Made by a program: the position numbers and the translations under genes. The notes under the pieces are model-generated. The model had not been told where the DNA came from. It did no database searches and was given only the letters and a program-made list of their open reading frames with translations. 64,000 bases of DNA from Vicinamibacterales bacterium (GTDB lineage Bacteria; Acidobacteriota; Vicinamibacteria; Vicinamibacterales; UBA8438), in the NCBI GenBank assembly GCA_965220695.1, contig OZ244838.1, positions 2,623,274-2,687,273 of the forward strand, in the 5' to 3' direction. Of the stretch, positions 1-9,052 are shown piece after piece (position 1 is the stretch's first letter; every line of letters starts with the position of its first letter).

Positions 1-31
1 GACCTAACCAGTTTGCCGGAAGGAGACCCGA

Positions 32-184
32 GTGGACAACCATAAGAACGCCAAGTTGACGCCCCAGAGTCGAGCCGTCATCGTCCGGCGGGTACTCGTC
101 CAGGGCCAGCCCCCCGCCGCGGTGGCACGCTCGCGGAAGGCCCGACTCCATGAGATGCTGCAGGACCTCTGTGAGACCGCTTGA
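32..184 (+). pseudogene. IS481-family transposase N-terminal HTH remnant (50 codons; no DDE domain follows)
   Basis: GTG at 32 follows GGAAGGAGA. The translation VDNHKNAKLTPQSRAVIVRRVLVQGQPPAAVA matches the conserved HKNARLTPxGR...V.RV start of IS481-type transposases. It then diverges and stops at 182-184. The window edge prevents seeing upstream sequence. Confidence 0.4.
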
Positions 185-386
185 AGGCGCTGTGCCGAGC
201 GTTCGGCTTCGACGATGCTGGCCGAAAGAAGCCGGACCTCGCCACGCGTCTTCTGGGTCGAAGCCCCCTGTGCCAATAATCTGTGAGATAACCTCTCTGT
301 TGAGTTTAGTGTAGGGGCGGGAGAGGTTGGAGAGATGACGCGCATGCCAGACGCGGTGGAGACGAGCGGCCGCTCCTGGCACACCG

Positions 387-806
387 CTACGGGTTAGCGA
401 CAATCACCTCGATGGTTGAAGCCCGGATCGTATAGCCAATTGTGTCGAACTCTACCTCGTCGGCGCGTAGTTCAACAGTGCCCACTGCCAGCACGACGTC
501 CCCAGACAGGACCATCCTGGAGTCGGCTGGGTCTTGGCCAGGCAGGGACACGGTGTCACCGCTCGCCGCAAGGGGGGCGCGATCAGGATCAATGGCGACC
601 TCGACGTTGCCCGATGCGACAAGTCGTGATGACCCCGTAAAGACCTCGGCTCGATCGGCTCTGATCTCCACGATCCCGACCGCAATCTCCACGCCACCTG
701 TCAGTTGGAGGCTGTTAGATGCAGGAGGCTGTGCCGTGGCGGGCGCCGAAGCAACCGCCGCCAGACAGACGACCGTACCGATCACTATGACGATTGCAGA
801 TCTCAT
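387..806 (-). CDS. secreted hypothetical protein, tentatively OstA/LptA-like
   Basis: 139-aa ORF with a signal peptide (MRSAIVIVIGTVVCLAAVASAPATA). Repeated 'I.ADRAEV....ASGNVEV'-type strands. Family assignment is tentative. Confidence 0.5.
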   Translation of the reverse strand: MRSAIVIVIGTVVCLAAVASAPATAQPPASNSLQLTGGVEIAVGIVEIRADRAEVFTGSSRLVASGNVEVAIDPDRAPLAASGDTVSLPGQDPADSRMVLSGDVVLAVGTVELRADEVEFDTIGYTIRASTIEVIVANP

Positions 807-967
807 CTCTTCTCCTGTTCCGTCATCGGGACGCTTCTATCCTATCGCTTCTGGTTGTTTCGTCTGACTGAGAGATCGATCCCGCCTTGTATCTTCCGAT
901 TCGTGGGTCTCGTCGCTGCAGGGTACCACGAATCGGACGGTGACGGAGCAACAGCTCGATTCGCCTA

Positions 968-1139
968 TCAGCCCGTGGTAGAACCCCGCGTTGCACCGAG
1001 ATCTGGTCGTAACAATGCCGCGCCTGGCCAGCGCAAGGCGCGACGAGGGAGCAAATTGGGGCATTTGTGACCGAGGAGCAACGCCGCCACGTGGGATGCA
1101 GCGCCGATCGAATGCAGTGGGGCTTTCACCTCGGGCTGT
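968..1139 (-). mobile_element. MITE-like element, copy A (172 bp, inverted orientation)
   Basis: Ends are TCAGCCCGTGGTAGAACCCCGCGTTGCAC ... TGCAGTGGGGCTTTCACCTCGGGCTGT, which are inverted repeats of each other. Homologous to copies at 3662, 14994, 33543 and 41788. TA dinucleotide on both flanks (966-967 and 1140-1141). Confidence 0.8.
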
Positions 1140-1251
1140 TAGCCTGGGCGTTGCCCGTCCGCTCGATCAGAGCCCGAACGATTGCGTGAGACCACCCCGC
1201 ACCCGCAAGGTTGGGCCAAGTCGGGCTCACTCGGCTTCAGCCGGCGGCGCG

Positions 1252-1998
1252 TCACAAGAGCGCCCTCAGCACGCGCAGGCCGCGCGCCAGCGTGCGGGTG
1301 TCGGTGACCCCGAGCGCGTCCACACAGCGGCGCCGCTGTGCGGGTTCGGCGAAACGGGACAGCCCGGCGTCGAGTTCTTGCGCAACCACGGCGCCATAGG
1401 CTGATTCGGCGGCCGCCATCGCCATGGGCCAGGACGCCGGCGGCCAGCGTGCGGCCATGAAGGCGAGATCAACGAGATCGCGGGCGTGGGTCGAGCCGTC
1501 CCGGCCCCGATCGGCATGGGCGAGCAGTTTTTCGGCTATGCACGAGGTGCGATCCAGCACTTCGACGGGAAACAGGCCGCTGGCCGTGCCCGACAGCGCC
1601 AGACGAGCTTCAAAGATGATCTCGAATTTGACCGGCTGTTCGTCGACACGCAGGAACGTTCGAATGCCGTACATGTCCGTGCGCACATCTCGGATCAGTT
1701 CGTAGTCCCCTGCGAGGATCTCACCGAGCGAGCGTGCGGTGACCGCGGTCCGCAGCATTCGGTACCCGGCACGGTCCGAGCAGAGGAAGTCGATGTCGAC
1801 CGATTCGCGAAACTCGTCGAGCTCCATCACGATGCGGGTGCCGCCGCCGAAGTAGCACCTGGCGGACGCGAGCAGCTCACGGTTGAGCGATGCCAGCACG
1901 CGTCCGACGAGGCGATGCCATGGTCGGCGGAATGTGGCTCCCCTGGAAGCGCCGGGCGTGTGCCCGGCCGGCCCCGATGGGCGACCGGAGTCAGGCAT
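1252..1998 (-). CDS. nucleotidyltransferase AbiEii/AbiGii-family toxin (type IV TA)
   Basis: 248 aa. The core 'YFGGGTRIVMELDEFRESVDIDFLC' is typical of AbiEii-like nucleotidyltransferases. Overlaps the upstream ORF by 8 nt. Confidence 0.7.
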   Translation of the reverse strand: MPDSGRPSGPAGHTPGASRGATFRRPWHRLVGRVLASLNRELLASARCYFGGGTRIVMELDEFRESVDIDFLCSDRAGYRMLRTAVTARSLGEILAGDYELIRDVRTDMYGIRTFLRVDEQPVKFEIIFEARLALSGTASGLFPVEVLDRTSCIAEKLLAHADRGRDGSTHARDLVDLAFMAARWPPASWPMAMAAAESAYGAVVAQELDAGLSRFAEPAQRRRCVDALGVTDTRTLARGLRVLRALL

Positions 1999-2368
1999 TG
2001 ATCACGCCTCCGCCGAATTCCTGCGCGAGTCGATCGATGAGCGCGCGTTCGTGTTGGGGGGTTCTGCCGAGATCGACGAAGCGCCAGTTACGCTCGTAGA
2101 GCGCGAAGGCGTCCTGACGCGTGATGTACGGCCCACGGCGGTTCCAGCACAGCAGCTCGAGACCGGGATAGTCGCCGACCCGGAGCAGCTCCTGCCCCAG
2201 GAACGCGTGCAGCCGGTCGACGAAGTGGGGCTCGCGCATGCCCGCCTTGAGGCGTGCGCAGAGCTCCGCGGGAAGCTTGACCTGATACAGATTCCAGCCT
2301 TCGGCGCGATCGCGTTGCCGCTGCCGCTGTTTCGCGGCACGAAGCTGTTCCGTCCGCCTGATGTCCAC
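1991..2368 (-). CDS. small partner protein of the AbiEii-like toxin (putative antitoxin, family unclear)
   Basis: 125-aa ORF with a basic N-terminus (RTEQLRAAKQRQRQRDR). Overlaps the toxin start by 8 nt. Much shorter than canonical AbiEi. Confidence 0.5.
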   Translation of the reverse strand: MDIRRTEQLRAAKQRQRQRDRAEGWNLYQVKLPAELCARLKAGMREPHFVDRLHAFLGQELLRVGDYPGLELLCWNRRGPYITRQDAFALYERNWRFVDLGRTPQHERALIDRLAQEFGGGVINA

Positions 2369-2501
2369 AATTCACCCTCGGCAGTGTCGATGTCATGTCA
2401 TCATAGCACCGCTGGTCACCGGGATGGACGTGGACGTGGTCACCCGCTCACAGCGTGGCGCGTCCTGTTCGGCGAGCAGAATCGCCACCCGCCGCCACCG
2501 G

Positions 2502-3080
2502 TCAGCGCTCCGGTGCGGGCGTCCACTCGCGCGCCAGTCCCTGCGCCTCGCCAACCTGCTCGGCGGTCATCTCCGACGCGAGCTCGTCGCGCTGGCGGGC
2601 ATAGAGTTCGCGGGTGAAATCGCTGTCCGCGCCGGTCCGGGCCAACTCGAGCCACATGTAGGCGCGCACCGGGTCCCGCTCGACCCCCGCGCCATAGGCA
2701 TACATGTAGCCGAGACCGCCTTGGCCGGGTGCGTAGCCCTGTTCGGCCGCCGCCCGATACCAGCGCGCCGCCTCGGCGTCGTCTCCGAGCACGCCGCGGC
2801 TTCTGAAATAGAGCAGGCCCAGGTTGTATTGCGCCGGCGCGTGGCCCTGCTCGGCGGCGAGCCGGGTCCAGCGCACCGCCTCCGCGTCGTCCTGCGGCGC
2901 GCCGCGGCCGGCGTAGTAGCGGCTGCCGAGCTCGGTCTGCGCCTGCGGGTCCCCGCGGTCGGCCCGTTCCTGCAACCCGCGCGGCACCTGCTCCGCCCCG
3001 GGCGACACCGCCAGCACCACGACCAGCAGCGCCGCCATGAGTCCCGGCAAAGATCCCGTACGCGCACGGCCGGTGGTCAT
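2502..3080 (-). CDS. Sel1-repeat (TPR-like) secreted protein
   Basis: Start chosen at MTTGRARTGSLPGLMAALLVVVLAV (signal/TM). Three repeats of 'A..W...AAEQG.A.AQ..LG..Y..G.GV..D'. Confidence 0.7.
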   Translation of the reverse strand: MTTGRARTGSLPGLMAALLVVVLAVSPGAEQVPRGLQERADRGDPQAQTELGSRYYAGRGAPQDDAEAVRWTRLAAEQGHAPAQYNLGLLYFRSRGVLGDDAEAARWYRAAAEQGYAPGQGGLGYMYAYGAGVERDPVRAYMWLELARTGADSDFTRELYARQRDELASEMTAEQVGEAQGLAREWTPAPER

Positions 3081-3333
3081 GTGGTCGCCCTGTCTCGAAC
3101 CGCCGGGGAAGACGGTGCGCCTGACCGACATACTACCGCCCGTGCCGCAGGCGGGCAACGCTGCGGCGGGCGGGCGCTCGGCCACCGGAGATCAGCGGCG
3201 TGTCCGGAAGGCGGATCTCCGGGGTCATGAAACGCCGGCAACCGAACACGCTCACCGCGGCCTGCGCGCCCATTGACCTCCGCCCACCTCTGCATTACTC
3301 TTTTCGTTGTTTTCAACTATCGTAAGGAACAGA

Positions 3334-3591
3334 ATGGAGACTGGGAAAATCACCAGCAAGGGTCAAGTTACGATTCCGAAGAAGGTCCGGATGAAAATGG
3401 CGGTCGCTGCCGGCGACCGGTTGGCCTTCGAATTCGACGACGAGGGCGGGTTGCGCGTCGTTCCCCTGCGACACCCCGCGAAACCTCTGCGGGGATTCCT
3501 TGCGGAATACGCCACCGGCCGGAAGGCGGGCGACGAACGGATCCGCGCAGCGCTCCGCCGGCGCGCAGCACGCAAGCACGGGCGGCAATGA
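3334..3591 (+). CDS. AbrB/MazE/SpoVT-family antitoxin (VapB-like)
   Basis: METGKITSKGQVTIPKKVR swapped-hairpin motif. RBS TAAGGAAC lies upstream. Its stop overlaps the PIN-gene ATG (ATGA at 3588-3591). Confidence 0.8.
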   Translation: METGKITSKGQVTIPKKVRMKMAVAAGDRLAFEFDDEGGLRVVPLRHPAKPLRGFLAEYATGRKAGDERIRAALRRRAARKHGRQ

Positions 3592-4147
3592 TCGCGTTCG
3601 ACACCAACGTCCTGCTGCGACTGCTGCTGAATGACGATTCAGATCAGGCCAAGCGGGCCTAGCAGCCCGTGGTGAAAGCCCCACTGCATTCGATCCCCGC
3701 TGCATCCCGCTGCGCGTCGTTGTTCATCGGTCAAATACTGCCGGTATTCTCCCTCTTCTCGCCTTGCTCAGCGGGCGCATCGCCGATCTCGGTGCAACGC
3801 GGGGTTTCACCACGGGCTGCCAGGACCTCATTGACCACGCCGTCTCCGCGTCCGACAGAGTCCTGCTGCCGGATATCGTTCTCTGCGAGTTGGAGTGGGT
3901 GCTGGAATCGGTCTACCAGTTTCCCAGAGCAGGAATCGCCCGGACGTTGCGGCGCCTGCTGGACGCGCAAGAATTCGCGTTCATGAACCGCGCCGCAGTC
4001 AGGCAGGCCCTCGACAGTTACACCCGCGGCCAAGCCGACTTTTCGGACTACCTCATCGGTGAATCCGCTACGCTTGCGGGCGCCACGACAACGTACACGT
4101 TCGATCGAGTCCTGAGTCGGAGCACCGGGTTCAGCCGGCCTCGCTGA
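3588..4147 (+). pseudogene. vapC: PIN-domain toxin VapC, interrupted by a MITE insertion
   Basis: The N-terminal part MIAFDTNVLLRLLLNDDSDQAKRA ends at TAG 3660-3662. The C-terminal part QDLIDHAVSASDRVLLPDIVLCELEWVLESVY...ADFSDYLIGE... resumes at 3821 in another frame. Removing 161 nt (3660-3820) restores one 132-aa PIN ORF. Confidence 0.85.
3662..3820 (+). mobile_element. MITE-like element, copy B (159 bp) inserted in vapC
   Basis: GCAGCCCGTGGTGAAAGCCCCACTGCA ... TGCAACGCGGGGTTTCACCACGGGCTGC terminal inverted repeats. Flanks are TA and CA. The internal 90 bp is nearly identical to copy D. Confidence 0.85.
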
Positions 4148-4307
4148 CAAGGCGGTCAGCTGGAGGCCGCGGCCCGGCTGATCGAGCCAATGCTTGACGA
4201 AGTCGTGTTTGCGGGCGGATGCGTACGCGGACTGTTGTCGTCGTGGCTGCCGCCCCAAACTGACGTAAGCTGTCGAGAGCGTCCAGACGAGAGGGGTGCG
4301 GTTGATC

Positions 4308-5438
4308 ATGCGATTGAACTCGACGGTGCGTTCCCTGCGCGCGGGCCGCGCGGTGCGCCCAAGCCGCGTGGTGCTGGCGGTGGCGGCGGTGCTGGCGGCC
4401 GGTCTGTGCGCGCCGGCCACGGTCCCGGCGCAAACGGTCCCGCACTACGAGGTGGACCCGTTGTGGCCCGCGCTGCCGCTGGGCGACCGCTGGCTCACCG
4501 GCGGTCTCGGGGGCATGTGCATCGACGGCCGCGATCACGTATTCATCCTGAATCGACAGAACGTGGTCGCCGACGACCTGGACGGCGCCCGGCCGGCCCC
4601 GCCGGTCATCGAACTCGACCCGGACGGCCGCGTGGTCCGGGCCTGGGGCGATCCGGAGCTGCTGGGAGACCGCCTGCACGATTGCCACGTCGACGAGGAT
4701 CTGCACGTGTGGATCGTCGCGGCGGGAACCGGCTACATCCAGAAATACTCGAACGACGGCAGCGAGCTGCTGCTGCAGGTCGGTGAATCCGGCGTGTTCG
4801 ATTCGTCCGACGGCACACGCACCGGCCGGCCCCTGAACTCGGACCGGGCGCGGTTCTTTCTGCCCGCCAGCGTCGACGTCGACCCGCGGTCGGGCGAGAT
4901 CTACGTGGCCGACGGCGAGACCGCCAGGGGCAACCAGCGCATCGCGGTGCTGGACCGCGACGGGCGGTTTCTGCGCCAATGGGCGCTGCACCGGACCGAC
5001 GCCGAGCGCGGCCTCACACCACTGCCCCACTGTGTGCGGCTGTCCCACGACGGCCTGGTCTATGTCTGCGACCGTCAGGCCGACCGCATCCAGGTGTTCG
5101 ACCGGATGGGCGCCTTCATCCGCAACATCGACGTGCCGTTCGAGCCGCTGACGCCGCCCGACGGGCGCCCCAGCGGCACCCGGGGCACCGCCGTGGTCCT
5201 GGCCTTCTCGCCCGACCCCGAACAGCGGCTGATGTTCGTGGTGAACCAGAACAGCGTGATGGTCCACGTGCTGGACCGGCAGACCGGGCGGGTGCTGTCG
5301 AGCTTCGGGGGCGGCCCGGGACGGTATCGCGGTCAGTTCACTTTGCCCCACGGCATCGGCGTCGATTCGGCGGGCAACGTCTACGTGGCCGAGCAGGAAG
5401 GCCGCCGCATTCAGAAGTTCAGGCTCGTCGCCCGCTAG
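4308..5438 (+). CDS. secreted NHL-repeat / six-bladed beta-propeller protein
   Basis: ATG 4308 with GAGGGG 11 nt upstream (the track start at 4296 is a GTG). Signal peptide present. Repeated 'G.F..P.GI.VD..G.VYVAD..N.RIQ.F' blades. Confidence 0.65.
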   Translation: MRLNSTVRSLRAGRAVRPSRVVLAVAAVLAAGLCAPATVPAQTVPHYEVDPLWPALPLGDRWLTGGLGGMCIDGRDHVFILNRQNVVADDLDGARPAPPVIELDPDGRVVRAWGDPELLGDRLHDCHVDEDLHVWIVAAGTGYIQKYSNDGSELLLQVGESGVFDSSDGTRTGRPLNSDRARFFLPASVDVDPRSGEIYVADGETARGNQRIAVLDRDGRFLRQWALHRTDAERGLTPLPHCVRLSHDGLVYVCDRQADRIQVFDRMGAFIRNIDVPFEPLTPPDGRPSGTRGTAVVLAFSPDPEQRLMFVVNQNSVMVHVLDRQTGRVLSSFGGGPGRYRGQFTLPHGIGVDSAGNVYVAEQEGRRIQKFRLVAR

Positions 5439-5588
5439 ACGAATCGCAGGGCCGACCCGACAGCGGGCCGGAACAATGAAATAATTCACTCGACCACGCG
5501 GTCACACCGGCGGCGGGGCGGTCGCGGCTCGCAGCACCGCTGTGGGTCAGGCATACGGCGCGGCGGTGCAGGCAGGGGATGCTGGAGG

Positions 5589-6386
5589 ATGAACGTGATG
5601 TGTGCGAGACGTGGCAGACGTGCGGCGCTGGCCGGCGTGCTGGCGCTGGCCAGCGGGCTGGCGGGATGCGGCGAACGGCAGAATCCGTTCGCACCGGTCG
5701 GCAACGTGTTCTTTACCTTCACGGACCTGCGCGGCGGAACCGGCCCCCTGTCGGCGGTCGGGGACGTGCTCACCATCAACTACGTGGGGTGGCTGCACGA
5801 CTCGGGTGAGACCGACAACAAGGGCCAGCAGATCGGCGCCGCGAACGACCAGACGTTCGTCCTGGGCGCGGGTCAGGTGATTGCCGGGTTCGATCAGGGA
5901 CTGGTCGGAATGGGCGTGGGCGGGTTGCGTCGGCTGAACATCCCGCCCCATCTGGCGTTCGGTTCGAGCGGCTCGGACAACGTGCCGCCGGATACACCGC
6001 TCGTCTACGACGTCGAACTCACCGGCCTGCGGGCATTGACCACCGACAGCGCGCCGTTCCAGATCATCGATCTCAAGGTCGGCACCGGCCCGGAGGCCGT
6101 CAATGGCGACACCCTGACCGTCCAATACGCCGGCTGGCTCTACGATGAAGACCAGGTCGACCACAAGGGGCTGCGATTCGAAGTGGGCCCCGCCAACGGC
6201 TTCACCTTCGTGCTCGGCACCGGCCAGGTCATCCCCGGCTGGGACCAGGGATTGGTCGGGATGCGCATGGACGGAGAACGGCGTCTCATCATCCCCCCCG
6301 AGCTGGCCTACGGCTCGGCGAGGCGGGAGCTGATTCCACCGAATGCGACCCTCGTCTTCGACATCCAGCTCGTGACCCTGGAGTGA
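5589..6386 (+). CDS. FKBP-type peptidyl-prolyl cis-trans isomerase, tandem FKBP domains, lipoprotein
   Basis: GGAGG RBS. Lipobox LAGC. Two copies of 'Y.GWL.D......F.LG.GQVI.G.DQGLVGM..GG.RRL.IPP.LA.G'. Confidence 0.85.
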   Translation: MNVMCARRGRRAALAGVLALASGLAGCGERQNPFAPVGNVFFTFTDLRGGTGPLSAVGDVLTINYVGWLHDSGETDNKGQQIGAANDQTFVLGAGQVIAGFDQGLVGMGVGGLRRLNIPPHLAFGSSGSDNVPPDTPLVYDVELTGLRALTTDSAPFQIIDLKVGTGPEAVNGDTLTVQYAGWLYDEDQVDHKGLRFEVGPANGFTFVLGTGQVIPGWDQGLVGMRMDGERRLIIPPELAYGSARRELIPPNATLVFDIQLVTLE

Positions 6387-6392
6387 ATCGAC

Positions 6393-6426
6393 GGACCGCC
6401 GCCCTGTCCGGGCCGGGCGGTCCTTT
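6393..6426 (+). terminator. candidate rho-independent terminator after the FKBP gene
   Basis: GGACCGCCGCCC-tgtcc-GGGC-cg-GGCGGTCC followed by TTT, located 7 nt after the stop codon. Confidence 0.45.
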
Positions 6427-6486
6427 GGCAGCGGTTGGCGGGCTTGCGGCAGTCGACCTGCCGGTGGTACGTTTGCGAACCTGATC

Positions 6487-7284
6487 ATGAGCGTCTCTCG
6501 GGCTGCATCCAGCGGCCTCACAATCTTCTTCCCCGCCTACAACGACGCCGGCACGATTCCCAGCATGGTGATCAGCGCGGTGACGACCGCGCGCGAACTG
6601 ACCGACGACTTCGAGGTCGTGGTCGTCAACGACGGCAGCCAGGACGCCACCGCCGCCGTGCTCGACGAGCTGTCACGGATGTGTCCTGCGCTCAGGGTGG
6701 TCACGCATCCGCACAATCGCGGATACGGCGCGGCCTTGCGCACCGGCTTCGCCTCGGCGACGAAAGACTTCGTCTTCTACACGGACGGCGACGCCCAGTA
6801 CGACCCGCGTGAGCTCGCCGACCTGTGGGCCCGCATGACCCCGGACGTCGACCTGGTCAACGGCTACAAGATCAGCCGCTCCGACCCGCTGCACCGCATC
6901 ATCATCGGCCGGCTCTACCACCACGCGGTCAAGCTGCTTTTCGGACTGCGCATTCGCGACGTCGACTGCGACTTCCGGCTGATACGCCGCGCCTTCCTGC
7001 AGCGGTTGCACCTGGAGAAGGACAGCGGCGTCATCTGTCTCGAGCTGATGAAGAAGGCGCAGGACGCCGGCGGCCGCATCGTCGAAACGCCGGTGCACCA
7101 CTATCACCGGGTCTGCGGACAGTCGCAGTTCTTCAACCTGCCGCGCGTGGCGCGCACGCTCGTCGACATCCTGAAACTGTGGAAGGTGCTTGTCTGGCGC
7201 AGGTCGCCGACCCCCGCGGCCCGATCCGAGACGCCGCCGGACGTGCGGCCGCTCCCGGTCACAAAACGCCTGGACGACCGGTAG
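6487..7284 (+). CDS. family 2 glycosyltransferase (polyprenol-phosphate sugar transferase-like)
   Basis: 'FFPAYNDAGTI...VVVVNDGSQDAT' and the 'DGD' motif typical of GT2/DPM1-like enzymes. Confidence 0.8.
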   Translation: MSVSRAASSGLTIFFPAYNDAGTIPSMVISAVTTARELTDDFEVVVVNDGSQDATAAVLDELSRMCPALRVVTHPHNRGYGAALRTGFASATKDFVFYTDGDAQYDPRELADLWARMTPDVDLVNGYKISRSDPLHRIIIGRLYHHAVKLLFGLRIRDVDCDFRLIRRAFLQRLHLEKDSGVICLELMKKAQDAGGRIVETPVHHYHRVCGQSQFFNLPRVARTLVDILKLWKVLVWRRSPTPAARSETPPDVRPLPVTKRLDDR

Positions 7285-7318
7285 CCGTCCGTGGCACACG
7301 TCCCGCGTTGCGCCGAGG

Positions 7319-8071
7319 ATGCCGGAATCCGACGAGATGCGAGTGATGATGCTGCCCGACCGTCAGGCGCATCTGTGGTGGACCCGCCCTGACCGGTTCG
7401 ACGACCCGGACGGACTGCGCCGCGGCCTGCTGACCGACGACGAGCGCCGGAAGATCGACCGCTTCCGGTTCGCCCGCGACCGGCGCCTCTGCCTCGTCAG
7501 CCGGGTACTCGTCCGCACGACGCTGTCACGCTATGCGGCGGTTCCGCCGGACGCCTGGCGATTCCGGTGCAACGACTACGGACGACCGGAGATCGACGCC
7601 CCCGCCTCCCCGCTGCGGTTCAATCTCTCGCACACGCGCGGCATGGTCGCCTGCCTGGTCAGTCGCGACCGCGAGGTCGGCGTCGACGTCGAGTCCTGCT
7701 CGCGCACGGGCGCCTGGCTGGCCCTCGCGAATCGCTATTTCGCGCCGCGGGAGGCTGAGGCGCTCCGTGCGGTCGCGCCGGTGGACCAGCCGCGGCGGTT
7801 CCTGGAATACTGGACCCTCAAGGAGTCGTACATAAAGGCGCGCGGCCTCGGTCTGGCGATCCGGCTGGCCGACTTTTCGTTCGACCTGCCGCCGGCGACG
7901 CCGGACGATGTACGCATCCGGATCGCCAGCGCCCTCCGCGACAGCCCGGCGCGCTGGCAGTTCGGCCTGCATGCGCCGGGCGGACGGCACCTGGCGGCGA
8001 CCGCCGTGGAACGCGACGCCGGCGGCGCACCGATCCAGGTCGTCCCATACGAGGCGGACAACCTCTGGTGA
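7319..8071 (+). CDS. 4'-phosphopantetheinyl transferase (Sfp type)
   Basis: 'GRPE...FNLSH....VAC......VGVDVE' and 'WTLKESYIKARG' motifs. The start is uncertain (7319 or 7337). Confidence 0.75.
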   Translation: MPESDEMRVMMLPDRQAHLWWTRPDRFDDPDGLRRGLLTDDERRKIDRFRFARDRRLCLVSRVLVRTTLSRYAAVPPDAWRFRCNDYGRPEIDAPASPLRFNLSHTRGMVACLVSRDREVGVDVESCSRTGAWLALANRYFAPREAEALRAVAPVDQPRRFLEYWTLKESYIKARGLGLAIRLADFSFDLPPATPDDVRIRIASALRDSPARWQFGLHAPGGRHLAATAVERDAGGAPIQVVPYEADNLW

Positions 8072-8115
8072 TCCGCCGCCGGCGGTCCGGGACCGGCGCC
8101 GCGCGCGGGGCGGTC

Positions 8116-8958
8116 TCAGCGATGGAACACCGGGCCGTGCGTCTGGTGCGACGCCGGCGGCCCCGGCAGGATCTCCCGCAGATAGCCGTCGATTCCGCGG
8201 TCGCGGCGCCAGTGTTTCGGATAGCCCAGCGAGACCTCTTCGAAACGCACCCCGTCGATCCAGTCTGTGGTTCGGACGTGGAGGTGTCCGGTCACGACGA
8301 CCTGCGCCCCGAAGCGCGTGTGCCACTGCTCGGTGCGCCGCGTGCCGCACCAGATCGAGAAGCGGGGAATGCGTGGCACGCGCACGAGTTCTCGTCTCAA
8401 CGGAAAGTGGTTCACCAGAATCAGCGGATGGCGCGCCGCCGCCAGCCGGCGTTCGGTCTGCTCCACTCGCGCGTGGCACCATGCCGTCCGCGTCGCATAG
8501 GGATCCGGCGCCAGGTACCGCTCGTCGGCGCTGCGCACCCCCTCCGCTCCGGCCCAGGCGACTGCATCGCGTTCGTCGATGGTGTCCGGGCGGAAGCTGT
8601 AGTCATACAGCACGAACAGCGGCGCGATCAGGCGCCGGGGCTCGCGCGGCCAGAGGGTGTAGGGATCTTCGGGAGTGAGGACCCCGAATCGCCGGCACAC
8701 CTCCACTGCCGCCTCGTACCTGGCGACACCCCGCACCGCGTCGTCCCGGCGACTCCAGAGCTCGTGGTTGCCCGGCGTCCAGAACACTCTCGCGAAGCGC
8801 TCGACGGCGGCGCCCAGACCCAGTTCGAGGTGGCGCTCGGTCTCGCCGACGTCACCGGCGAGAATCAGCCAGTCGTCGGGCCGCGCGCGCCATGCCTCGA
8901 GCGCCTCGCGGTTGACCCGGTAGCCGAGGTGCAAGTCGCTGAGCGCGTAGAGTTTCAC
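8116..8958 (-). CDS. metallophosphoesterase
   Basis: 'LSDLHLG', 'LAGDVG' and 'GNHE' calcineurin-like motifs. GTG start. Confidence 0.75.
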   Translation of the reverse strand: MKLYALSDLHLGYRVNREALEAWRARPDDWLILAGDVGETERHLELGLGAAVERFARVFWTPGNHELWSRRDDAVRGVARYEAAVEVCRRFGVLTPEDPYTLWPREPRRLIAPLFVLYDYSFRPDTIDERDAVAWAGAEGVRSADERYLAPDPYATRTAWCHARVEQTERRLAAARHPLILVNHFPLRRELVRVPRIPRFSIWCGTRRTEQWHTRFGAQVVVTGHLHVRTTDWIDGVRFEEVSLGYPKHWRRDRGIDGYLREILPGPPASHQTHGPVFHR

Positions 8959-9052
8959 GGCCTGCTAGCGTACTTGTTTTCGTCGCCGCATCGGGAACCT
9001 CGAACACATCGGGGCACTCGCCGTAGTATCGTCAGGACGAAACAGCAGCGCC

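Noticed and set aside
4-384. 126-aa minus-strand ORF at the window edge
   Set aside because: No motifs. It is antisense to the IS481-like HTH remnant, which has a recognisable conserved peptide.
4131-5489. Long antisense or alternate-frame ORFs throughout the track (for example 4131-5489 -, 11210-13081 -, 15855-17894 +, 38678-40801 -, 48855-50465 +, 27486-29510 +)
   Set aside because: Their translations are Arg/Ala/Gly/Pro-rich low-complexity sequence typical of off-frame reading in ~70% GC DNA. Each overlaps a gene with clear family motifs on the other strand or frame.
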